Positions 1 through 7,771 of a stretch of 64,000 bases of DNA are shown here, one piece after another. The notes under the pieces were generated by a model. That model made no database searches, was not told the origin of the DNA, and saw only the letters and a program-made list of their open reading frames with translations. The position numbers and the translations under genes are program-made. Positions within the stretch are counted from its first letter, which is position 1. Every line of letters begins with the position of its first letter. This DNA is from Spirochaetota bacterium (GTDB taxonomy: Bacteria; Spirochaetota; Brevinematia; Brevinematales; Brevinemataceae), in assembly GCA_030154445.1 (NCBI GenBank), contig JAGUQW010000004.1, positions 36,940 through 100,939 on the forward strand, written 5' to 3'.

Positions 1-495
1 TATATTGTTTATTCTTAATTGGCATAATTCTGATACACGAATACCACAAGAATATAACAATTCAAAAATCATCGCATCTCTTAAAACAGGAAATGAACCG
101 TCATTATTATCAAAAAATGCAAACACATCATCAAGCTCATCTTCACTTACGATATTAGGTAATTTCTGCACTAATTTAGGAAGATTTATTAATCCCATAG
201 GATCATCATCCCTTATTTCCAAGCGTTGTAAATCTTTGTAAAAAGATCTAAAGCATGATATTTTTCGAGACATCGTTTTAGGGGAAAGAAACTCTCCATA
301 GCTTTCTTTTGAATTTTTATTTAGCGTAATCAAATAATTAGTTATTTCTTGATAGACAACATCTTTAATATCCCGCCCTAAATATAATTCCAAATCTACA
401 AGATCCTTCTGATAAGCAATTATTGTATTAAGAGAGTAATTCTTTTCATATTTGAGGCGTCTCAAATATTGAGTTATAGAATTTTTAACATTCAT
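1..495 (-). CDS. Tyrosine recombinase, XerC/XerD family, N-terminal part (CDS runs off the left edge)
   Basis: Absent from the ORF track because it is open at the window edge. My reverse-strand translation from the ATG at 495-493 reads MNVKNSITQYLRRLKYEKNYSLNTIIAYQKDLVDLELYL...LRDAMIFELLYSCGIRVSELCQL. This is the SAM-like core-binding domain plus the start of the catalytic domain typical of XerC/XerD. The frame stays open to position 1. Confidence 0.8.
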   Translation of the reverse strand, partial: MNVKNSITQYLRRLKYEKNYSLNTIIAYQKDLVDLELYLGRDIKDVVYQEITNYLITLNKNSKESYGEFLSPKTMSRKISCFRSFYKDLQRLEIRDDDPMGLINLPKLVQKLPNIVSEDELDDVFAFFDNNDGSFPVLRDAMIFELLYSCGIRVSELCQLRINNI

Positions 496-576
496 TATAT
501 TTTTCATTATATGTACTCTTTATATTTTTATACTTTATTAAAGGATCGGAGTTTTTTATCATTTGTATATATTTTT

Positions 577-605
577 CTAATGTTTTTTTTAAAAAATCCG
601 ATGAT
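577..605 (+). promoter_or_regulatory. Weak sigma28 (FliA)-like promoter candidate upstream of the rod gene
   Basis: CTAATGTT-N12-tCCGATGA compared with the consensus TAAAGTTT-N11-GCCGATAA. The -10 half is good. The -35 half is poor and the spacer is 1 nt long. Confidence 0.25.
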
Positions 606-644
606 TATAATAGGGAACAACTATTGAAAGAGAGGATACTGAAA

Positions 645-1475
645 ATGGTAAAAAGTCTTTATACTGGTGCTAGTGCTATGATTGCACTTCAAGAATCCAT
701 GAATTCTATTTCACAAAATTTATCAAATGTTAATACAGATGGATATAAAAGAGAAACCGCAGTAATGAAAGCATTTCCAGAAATGCTTGCTCGAAGAGTT
801 AATGATGATGGACAAGTCAAATTCCCACTAGGATCTTTTGACAAAGCTCCTATCGCTGGTAAAATTGGAACAGGTGTAGAATATAACGAATCCTATATTC
901 GTTTTGAACAAGGTAGCTTATCTCAAACAGAGGGGCAATTTGATTTTGCTTTAGAAGGTGATGGATTTTTCTCTATAGAAACACCTAATGGTATTCGTTA
1001 TGCGAGAAATGGTAAATTTACTATTTCAGGAGATGGTTTTGTTGTTGACAATAATGGAAACTATCTCTTGGGGGAAGAGGGTCGTCTTCAAGTAGCTCGT
1101 AACAACTTTAAAGTAGACAAAGAAGCTAATATTACTATAAACCCAACTATTCCATATGATGGATTTACAACAGTTGTTGGTAATGAATGGCAACCAGAAC
1201 AATCACTAGGCAAATTAAAAATTGTTGATTTCAAACACTCTCGCTATCTTGTTCGTGAAGGTAATCACCTTTATGCGGAAAGTAAATTTTCAGGTAAAGC
1301 TCAAGATCTTGAAAAACCTCGTGTATTACAAGGATTTTTAGAGAAATCTACAGTGCAACCTGTTGATGAAATGGTGCGTATGATAGAAGTACAACGCTTG
1401 TATGAAGCCAACCAAAAAGTAATTCAAACAACAGATGACCTTCTTAGCCAAGCTGTTAACAAAGTATTAAAATAA
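645..1475 (+). CDS. Flagellar basal-body rod protein, FlgF/FlgG family
   Basis: N-terminus MVKSLYTGASAMIALQESMNSISQNLSNVNTDGYKRE and C-terminus VDEMVRMIEVQRLYEANQKVIQTTDDLL are the conserved rod/hook terminal motifs. I prefer the ATG at 645 (AGAGAGGA RBS upstream) over the TTG at 624. Confidence 0.85.
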   Translation: MVKSLYTGASAMIALQESMNSISQNLSNVNTDGYKRETAVMKAFPEMLARRVNDDGQVKFPLGSFDKAPIAGKIGTGVEYNESYIRFEQGSLSQTEGQFDFALEGDGFFSIETPNGIRYARNGKFTISGDGFVVDNNGNYLLGEEGRLQVARNNFKVDKEANITINPTIPYDGFTTVVGNEWQPEQSLGKLKIVDFKHSRYLVREGNHLYAESKFSGKAQDLEKPRVLQGFLEKSTVQPVDEMVRMIEVQRLYEANQKVIQTTDDLLSQAVNKVLK

Positions 1476-1476
1476 C

Positions 1477-1510
1477 AAAAAAGCTCCCTTTATAAAGGGA
1501 GCTTTTTTTT
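1477..1510. terminator. Bidirectional intrinsic terminator between convergent genes
   Basis: AAAAAGCTCCCTTTATAAAGGGAGCTTTTTTTT: a perfect GC-containing hairpin flanked by an A-run and a T-run. Confidence 0.8.
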
Positions 1511-1524
1511 GTGATTTCTATTGT

Positions 1525-2214
1525 TTATTTCAATCCTATTGCATAACCCAAACTAGCATAAATACTATAATTAAATATATTTGAAGAATTATGACCATTG
1601 TAATTTACAAATAAATTATTTTTACCAGTAGGTATTACAAAGTCTATTTTATGTCTCAATCCTACCATCATACCTGTATTAAAAACTACTTGAAATCCAC
1701 CAGGAAGAATTAATCCTACATTAAAATTATCGCCTAAGCGACTATGATCAACACTGTTATTATGAAAAAGCGTACTTCCTCCCATAGAGAACCCAACAAT
1801 ATCAGCCATAATACGGAAACGATCGAAAAGTTGACCCAACTGAAAAGTAGAACCTATAGAACCTGAATATCCTTTTAATTGAACTGTAGTATTATAGTCT
1901 TTTAAATATACATCACCAATACTACTAAGATTTGCAAAAGTCATTGCAAATCCTACACGAGTATCTGATCCATACACCATTTTGTCATTTGACATTTTAT
2001 AGTACAAATATCCTAATTCTACATTAAACCCACCACCATTATATTTAGCTCTAGTATCATCAACTACACGATCTGTAATCCCAGATTTTTTTTGAGATTC
2101 GATCTGAAAATAATCATACCCACCACCAAAGTTAATCGTAAAGTTATGTGTTTTAACATTCGAGTACCCCTGATTTACTAATAGTAGGGACAATATTAGC
2201 AATATTTTTCTCAT
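1525..2214 (-). CDS. Putative outer-membrane beta-barrel protein (uncharacterised)
   Basis: Signal peptide MRKILLILSLLLVNQGYS, followed by alternating aromatic/Gly-rich amphipathic strands (GGGYDYF, GFNVELGYLYY, YSIYASLGYAIGLK). Confidence 0.5.
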   Translation of the reverse strand: MRKILLILSLLLVNQGYSNVKTHNFTINFGGGYDYFQIESQKKSGITDRVVDDTRAKYNGGGFNVELGYLYYKMSNDKMVYGSDTRVGFAMTFANLSSIGDVYLKDYNTTVQLKGYSGSIGSTFQLGQLFDRFRIMADIVGFSMGGSTLFHNNSVDHSRLGDNFNVGLILPGGFQVVFNTGMMVGLRHKIDFVIPTGKNNLFVNYNGHNSSNIFNYSIYASLGYAIGLK

Positions 2215-2368
2215 AGCTCTTCTCCTTAAGATATATTACATTTATATTACATTTGATTTTTTAAAAGCTGAATCTCATTTATATTAAAGTGTATAGTCCA
2301 AATATAATCATATTATTACCATAAGGGAAATTTTTGAATAAAATGAATTTTTATATTATAATTAATCT

Positions 2369-3682
2369 ATGAAAAATAAAATAAAATACACTTTACAAAA
2401 TCATCTATCACTCCCTTTATATCTTGCTATTAGAAGATTACTCCCCAAATCTAATTCACCAGGGGTCGTATTACTTCCTAGATTAGCCTTCCTTTCTATT
2501 GTCTTAGGTGTCTCAGCCTCTATATTAATTCTATCATTAACAAATGGATTGCATCATAATTATCTCCAAAAATTAGCTGAATCTGATTCGCATTTGTCTA
2601 TTATCTCTATTGGAAAAGGCATTCCTGCTTATCAAGAAATCATTAAAAATATCAAAACACATCCTGAAATAGTAGCAGCATATCCCTATTCTCAAAATGA
2701 AGCCTTACTCAAGTATTATGGAGAAACTACAGGTATTGTTATAAAATCTTATCCTCAAGAATTTGTAAAAGATAGATCATTTAACACTTATTTTCGATTA
2801 CTCAAAGGAGAGTGGAGTTTTAATAATCCTCGAACTATTGCTATTGGGGAAGCCCTCTCCAAAAACATGGCTATCTTTGTAGGGGATTTTGTAGAAATTA
2901 TGACTTTTGATGAAGTGCTGGGAACAATTGTTTATCGTTTTAAAGTGTCTGGAATATTTACTGCTAATGATGGATTATTAGACAAAGGATTGGCTTTTAT
3001 TGGTTTTGATGACGCTAGTGAGATTTTTGATTTTGAAGGTTACTCACCTTCTATTGGTATAAGAGTAATTGATTATCAAAAATCTGAAACAATTGCACAA
3101 AATTTGAGACAAAATTATAAAATACCTTTTAGTATTAGCACATGGAAAATCACCAATCTTAATACACTCTTGGCACTAGCTAATGAAAAACAAATAATTC
3201 GAGTTTTATTAATAATTTTTTTCTGTGTAGCTTTCTTTGGGATTTTGTCAGTAATGACAGCTCTTGTTACCGACAAAAGAGATGAGATTGCTCTTCTCAA
3301 AACACTAGGCATGACCCCTCAAGAAAACTTTAGATCTTTTGTATTCACAGGTTTGATCTTGGGCATAGCAGCATCTATTGTAGGAACAATCATAGGGATA
3401 TTCATAAGTTTGAATTTTAATAATTTGATTTCAAGTATTGAATATATTATTAATTTTGTATTATCTATCATTGGCTACATCACACAAAAAAATATAAACA
3501 CTTTTAATTTTTTAAATCAAAATGTATACTATCTAAAGAAATTTCCTATTCGTATTCAATTGATAGATATCATCTTTTCTTCTTTGTCTGCTATTTTGTG
3601 TACTCTACTGGCAGCTATTTATCCAGCTTATATTTCTAAAAATTTTAAACCTGCTGAAATATTACGTAAAAGAGCTTTTTAA
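2369..3682 (+). CDS. Lipoprotein-releasing system permease, LolC/LolE (FtsX/MacB-type) family
   Basis: N-terminal TM helix, a large periplasmic domain and a C-terminal FtsX-type 3-TM bundle (DEIALLKTLGMTP motif). It sits immediately upstream of the LolD-like ATPase. Confidence 0.75.
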   Translation: MKNKIKYTLQNHLSLPLYLAIRRLLPKSNSPGVVLLPRLAFLSIVLGVSASILILSLTNGLHHNYLQKLAESDSHLSIISIGKGIPAYQEIIKNIKTHPEIVAAYPYSQNEALLKYYGETTGIVIKSYPQEFVKDRSFNTYFRLLKGEWSFNNPRTIAIGEALSKNMAIFVGDFVEIMTFDEVLGTIVYRFKVSGIFTANDGLLDKGLAFIGFDDASEIFDFEGYSPSIGIRVIDYQKSETIAQNLRQNYKIPFSISTWKITNLNTLLALANEKQIIRVLLIIFFCVAFFGILSVMTALVTDKRDEIALLKTLGMTPQENFRSFVFTGLILGIAASIVGTIIGIFISLNFNNLISSIEYIINFVLSIIGYITQKNINTFNFLNQNVYYLKKFPIRIQLIDIIFSSLSAILCTLLAAIYPAYISKNFKPAEILRKRAF

Positions 3683-3696
3683 TATAAGGAATTATA

Positions 3697-4365
3697 ATGA
3701 ATATTATTTCAATAAACAATTTATCAAAAAGCTATAATTCTCCTCAAGGTAAAATATCTGTATTATCCAATGTTTTTCTTAATGTAAATCAAGGTGAATC
3801 GGTGGCTATTGTAGGAGAAAGTGGAAGAGGAAAAACTACTTTATTATATTTGTTATCAGGATTGGATCAAGCTGATCAGGGTAGTATTTTAATTAATAAT
3901 TACCAAATAGACAAATTAAATGAAACTGAATTAGCATTATTCAGAGCTAATAATTTTGGATTTGTATTTCAGCATCATTTTTTACTTAATGATTTGGATG
4001 CTTTGGACAACACCATATTACCATTAAGAATTTCTAAAAAATTTACTAAAAACAGTCTGCAAGAAATTATAAAATTATTTCATTATTTTGGATTAGAAAA
4101 ACGATTGTATCACTTTCCTGACGAATTATCAGGAGGGGAAAAGCAACGATTAGCCTTGATTAGGGCATTAGCTATTAAGCCTTTAATTATTTTTGCTGAT
4201 GAACCAACAGGATCTTTAGACAAAGATAATGCTAAATTATTAGAAGATCTATTATTTGAATTAACAAGAGAACAAAAAACAACTCTTATTTTATCTACTC
4301 ATAATAAAAATCTTGCTCAAAAATGTGATAAATTATATACTATAGATGATCTGGAGCAACAATAA
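3697..4365 (+). CDS. lolD: ABC ATPase, LolD-like
   Basis: Walker A GESGRGKTTLL, signature LSGGEKQRLALIRAL, Walker B IIFADEPTGSLD. It pairs with the upstream LolC/E-type permease. Confidence 0.75.
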   Translation: MNIISINNLSKSYNSPQGKISVLSNVFLNVNQGESVAIVGESGRGKTTLLYLLSGLDQADQGSILINNYQIDKLNETELALFRANNFGFVFQHHFLLNDLDALDNTILPLRISKKFTKNSLQEIIKLFHYFGLEKRLYHFPDELSGGEKQRLALIRALAIKPLIIFADEPTGSLDKDNAKLLEDLLFELTREQKTTLILSTHNKNLAQKCDKLYTIDDLEQQ

Positions 4366-5228
4366 TGCACTTGATAGATAGCTTCACCTCTACTTCAAAA
4401 ATCAATCTTTATCTTGATATTGTAGGAAGAGACCCTATAGATGGCTACCATTATATAGAAAGTATTTATTATGAAATCCCTTGGGGAGATGATTTTGAAA
4501 TTTACTCTTCTCAACAAGATTATGTTGAATTTATTGATATTTCTTTGGAAGAAATTCCTCAAGAAAATACGGTTACTAAAGCATTAAAACTATTCAAAGA
4601 AAAATTCAAGATCACAGAATCTTATTATATCAAAATTAAAAAAAATGTTCCTATGGGAGCGGGATTGGGAGGAGGTAGTGGTGATGCTGGCTCTTTATTA
4701 AAATGGTTGGCTCGTAGATTTGATATAGAAATAACAAATTGTATTTCTATAGCTCAAAAGATAGGGAGTGATGTTCCCTTTTTTCTATATGGAAAGATGG
4801 CTTTAGTAGAAGGAAAAGGAGAAATAGTTACTCCTTTAGAAAACACTTTAAAAGGAATGCATCTTGTAATTATTTATCCCAATATTCATGTATCTACCAA
4901 AAAAGCCTTTGAAATTATAGCCCAAAATAATTGCATCACTAATAGCAAATCACAACAATTAAAAAATTTAAAAAAAAATAAATTAGAACTTGACAACCTA
5001 AAAAAATTAATATATAATATATTCAATAACAGTTTACAAATTTTAAATCAAGATTTGTATGAATTTCGAAAAAATTTAGATGATTTTTTATCTCCTGACA
5101 TTATAATGATGACTGGTAGTGGATCAAGTTTTATTCTTTTTTATCAAGATAAAGAAAACATGGATCATATAAAAAAAAAGATAGCGCATAATATTAATCA
5201 TTCAAAAATTTTTATCCATTCTATTTGA
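4365..5228 (+). CDS. ispE: 4-diphosphocytidyl-2-C-methyl-D-erythritol kinase
   Basis: SKINLYLDIVGRDPIDGYHYIESIY and the GHMP kinase motif PMGAGLGGGSGDAGSLL. Its start overlaps the lolD stop (ATAATG). Confidence 0.85.
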   Translation: MHLIDSFTSTSKINLYLDIVGRDPIDGYHYIESIYYEIPWGDDFEIYSSQQDYVEFIDISLEEIPQENTVTKALKLFKEKFKITESYYIKIKKNVPMGAGLGGGSGDAGSLLKWLARRFDIEITNCISIAQKIGSDVPFFLYGKMALVEGKGEIVTPLENTLKGMHLVIIYPNIHVSTKKAFEIIAQNNCITNSKSQQLKNLKKNKLELDNLKKLIYNIFNNSLQILNQDLYEFRKNLDDFLSPDIIMMTGSGSSFILFYQDKENMDHIKKKIAHNINHSKIFIHSI

Positions 5229-5259
5229 GCTCATCTTATGGATATGGAAGGAGACCCAC

Positions 5260-5514
5260 ATGGAAATTACAGATATCCGTATCAAAAAAGTTGAAGGCGA
5301 TGCAAACAAATTACAAGCATACGCATCAATAACATTTGATGATAACTTTGTTATACATAATATCAAAATCATCGATGGACGCGAAGGATTATTTATTGCA
5401 ATGCCTTCTCGTAAAACGCGTAGCGGAGATCTTAAGGATGTTGCACATCCTATCAACTCTGAATTCCGTGATCGTATGCAAAATGCTATTTTAGAAGCTT
5501 ACCACGCTGAATAA
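5260..5514 (+). CDS. spoVG: Nucleic-acid-binding regulator SpoVG
   Basis: MEITDIRIKKVEGDANKLQAYASITFDDNFVIHNIKIIDGREGLFIAMPSRK is the canonical SpoVG sequence. Confidence 0.95.
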   Translation: MEITDIRIKKVEGDANKLQAYASITFDDNFVIHNIKIIDGREGLFIAMPSRKTRSGDLKDVAHPINSEFRDRMQNAILEAYHAE

Positions 5515-5541
5515 TAGCTTTTTATAAAGTATATAATACTT

Positions 5542-5613
5542 TGGGGTGTAGCCAAGTGGTAAGGCATCGGTTTTTGGTATCGACATTCGGTGGTTCGATC
5601 CCATCCACCCCAG
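5542..5613 (+). tRNA. tRNA-Gln (anticodon UUG)
   Basis: Manual cloverleaf. Acceptor stem TGGGGTG/CACCCCA with the U1-A72 pair typical of bacterial tRNA-Gln. Anticodon stem TCGGT/ATCGA with loop TTTTGGT (anticodon TTG). T-arm GGTGG-TTCGATC-CCATC. Discriminator G. CCA is not encoded. Confidence 0.9.
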
Positions 5614-5616
5614 ATT

Positions 5617-5647
5617 AATCCCTATTCATATGAATAGGGATTTTTTA
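5617..5647 (+). terminator. Intrinsic terminator after spoVG/tRNA-Gln
   Basis: AATCCCTATTCATATGAATAGGGATTTTTT: a 12-bp stem plus a T-run. Confidence 0.8.
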
Positions 5648-5719
5648 TTTTATTTTTCTATTGAAAAATAAATCTCTATATTGTAAGATATATTATAATT
5701 ATAACTCAAAGGAGAATTT

Positions 5720-6694
5720 ATGAGTGGTAAATCTGGTTTGAAGCTAATTACTGGAAGAAGTAACCAAGCACTAGCAAAGAATATTTCCGCATATACTGGA
5801 ATTCATTTAACAGAAACTTATATTACTGAATTTGCTGATGAAGAACTTTTCGTTCGTATTGAAGAAGATATCAGAGGTAGAGAAGTTTTTGTTATTCAAT
5901 CCACATCTAATCCAGGGTATAAAAATATTTTTGAGTTATTGGTAATAGTTGATGCCCTTAAAAGAGCATCCGTCGGTCAAATAACAGCAGTAATACCTTA
6001 TTATGGATATGCTCGTCAAGACAGAAAAACAGAATCTCGTGTTTCTATTACTGCCAAATTAGTTGCAAATCTCCTTGTTGAAGCAGGTGTACATAGAGTC
6101 ATGACCTTAGATCTTCATGCTGCTCAAATTCAAGGATTTTTTGATATTCCTGTAGATCATCTATTCGCCTCTTCTATTTTTCATAAATATGCAGAATATC
6201 ATCTAAAAGCAAATGAAGATTGGGTTGTTGTATCACCTGATGTTGGAGGATTAGAAAGAGCTCGTCATTTTGCAAAACTACTTAATGCAGGAATTGCTGT
6301 TTTTGACAAAAGACGCGAACAAAAAAATAAAGCTGAAATTCTAAATTTAATCGGTGAAATTAATGGTAAAAACACTATTCTTATTGATGATATTATAGAT
6401 ACAGCTGGAACTATCTGTCAGGCAGCAAATCGATTAAAAGTCTTAGGAGCAAAAAGTGTTCATATTATGGCATCTCATGGCGTATTCTCCAAAGAAGCCT
6501 CTACTCGATTAAAAGAAAGTAGTGCAGATAGTGTTATTATTACAGATACTATAGAAATACCAGATTATAAAAAAGAAATTATCGGTGATAAACTTCATGT
6601 ATTAAGTTCTGCCGAATTATTTGGGGAAGCAATAGAGCGTATTCATATGAACAGATCTCTCAGCAATCTTTTTTATGAATCAAAAAAAGTATAA
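5720..6694 (+). CDS. prs: Ribose-phosphate pyrophosphokinase (PRPP synthetase)
   Basis: IPYYGYARQDRK, DLHAAQIQGFFDIPVDHL and the PRPP-binding loop ILIDDIIDTAGT. Confidence 0.95.
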   Translation: MSGKSGLKLITGRSNQALAKNISAYTGIHLTETYITEFADEELFVRIEEDIRGREVFVIQSTSNPGYKNIFELLVIVDALKRASVGQITAVIPYYGYARQDRKTESRVSITAKLVANLLVEAGVHRVMTLDLHAAQIQGFFDIPVDHLFASSIFHKYAEYHLKANEDWVVVSPDVGGLERARHFAKLLNAGIAVFDKRREQKNKAEILNLIGEINGKNTILIDDIIDTAGTICQAANRLKVLGAKSVHIMASHGVFSKEASTRLKESSADSVIITDTIEIPDYKKEIIGDKLHVLSSAELFGEAIERIHMNRSLSNLFYESKKV

Positions 6695-6701
6695 TAATAA
6701 T

Positions 6702-6735
6702 AAAGCTCCTTATTTGAAGTAAGGAGCTTTTTTTG
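6702..6735. terminator. Bidirectional intrinsic terminator (prs and the convergent TyrA-like gene)
   Basis: AAAGCTCCTTATTTGAAGTAAGGAGCTTTTTTT. Confidence 0.8.
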
Positions 6736-6751
6736 TATTTAAAAGATATTG

Positions 6752-7606
6752 CTATAGTCTATTTTTAAAATTTTGAGAAACAACAAGATATTCAGATAAT
6801 TTCATAATATCTTCATTATCTATCATTTGATCCAATACATCAATTTCTCTTTTAATAAAAGACAATGTTCTTCTAATATTATCAGAATTTTCAATAATAC
6901 TTTGTGCAGAATATTGTTTTTTCGTACATGTTGGCATTAAAAAATTTCTAAGATCTTTATTATAAAATCCAAAAAACAATGTGTCTGCCCAGCTATCTTC
7001 TTGCAAAATATGAGTAAACATATGAGAAATCAATGCAACTGATTGAGATGTTTGAGATAATATTTCATCAAAAAATTCCGCAGAAGTAGGGACAATTTTA
7101 GCATCTACTATATTCCAAAATTCTCTCATGGTTTGTAATACTTTAGTACTGGTATCACTAATTATAGCCACTATCTGATCTTTAAATACATCACCTCTAA
7201 TAGTGAATTCATTAGGAATATCATTTAAAAAAACAAAACAACTTACATAAGGATTGTGAGACTCTAATAAATCTAATATTTCTTCAAATAATTTAGATTT
7301 AACAGGTTGGAAATCTATGATATAAGTTCCTCTGGAGAGTAATGATTTGATATTTTTTATTGTTGTAACAGTTTCTTGTGAAGATTGATTTATAACAACA
7401 AAATCAGCTCCTTCATAAATCATTGTTTTTTGAGAAGGAGAATCTGAAATAAGGCCTTGTTGTTTTGCTTGTAATATTTGATCTGTAACAGAATCTGCAC
7501 ACAAAATCTCACACATAGGATATTTTTTTTTAATACCTTCAACTAAAGAAGCTGTAAAATTATCCCAGCCTATAATAACAATTTTTTCTATTTCGATTAC
7601 AGACAT
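6752..7606 (-). CDS. Prephenate/arogenate dehydrogenase (TyrA)-like protein with degenerate cofactor and catalytic motifs
   Basis: Overall pattern matches TyrA: N-terminal beta-alpha-beta (KIVIIGWDNFTASLVEGI), IIDFQPVKSK (TyrA DvgSvK) and SQSVALISHMFTHIL (TyrA vSHLPH). However, the GxGxxG motif and the HPMaG histidine region (here FVFLND) are not conserved. Confidence 0.4.
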   Translation of the reverse strand: MSVIEIEKIVIIGWDNFTASLVEGIKKKYPMCEILCADSVTDQILQAKQQGLISDSPSQKTMIYEGADFVVINQSSQETVTTIKNIKSLLSRGTYIIDFQPVKSKLFEEILDLLESHNPYVSCFVFLNDIPNEFTIRGDVFKDQIVAIISDTSTKVLQTMREFWNIVDAKIVPTSAEFFDEILSQTSQSVALISHMFTHILQEDSWADTLFFGFYNKDLRNFLMPTCTKKQYSAQSIIENSDNIRRTLSFIKREIDVLDQMIDNEDIMKLSEYLVVSQNFKNRL

Positions 7607-7712
7607 TTAACCCTCTAATTTTAATATTATTACATATAGATATATAAATTATTCTATATTATTTTTGTTGAAAAATCAATTTATTTACAATTTCATTATA
7701 CAAGTAAATCGT

Positions 7713-7741
7713 TTGCAAGAATTTGATTAATGAGTTATACT
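7713..7741 (+). promoter_or_regulatory. Sigma70-type promoter for the 7.8-16.2 kb gene string
   Basis: TTGCAA-17 nt-TATACT, about 30 nt upstream of the 7772 start. Confidence 0.5.
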
Positions 7742-7771
7742 ATGTGTAATATTTTTATTTGAGGTTTCTTT

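Noticed and set aside
5-241. 78-aa plus-strand ORF from the track
   Set aside because: It lies entirely antisense to the well-supported XerC/D-like CDS (1-495, minus strand). Its S-rich, low-complexity translation matches no family, so it is a shadow ORF.
624-644. Upstream-extended starts in the ORF track (624, 10764, 16678, 22169, 38075, 40371, 52591, 62463)
   Set aside because: In each case an internal ATG with a properly spaced GGAG-type RBS gives an N-terminus matching the family consensus. The extension either overlaps a terminator or RBS or adds an implausible leader.
2233-2254. Tandem 11-bp direct repeat ATATTACATTT x2 upstream of the outer-membrane-protein gene
   Set aside because: The repeat is real but very short. 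On the coding strand it supplies two TAATAT -10-like hexamers. It is most simply AT-rich promoter sequence rather than a distinct element.
1477-6735. Similar terminator stems AAAGCTCC...GGAGCTTTTT after the rod gene (1477-1510) and after prs (6702-6735)
   Set aside because: The shared 8-nt stem core is short and the loops differ. This is more likely convergence of GC-clamped terminators in AT-rich DNA than a dispersed repeat family.
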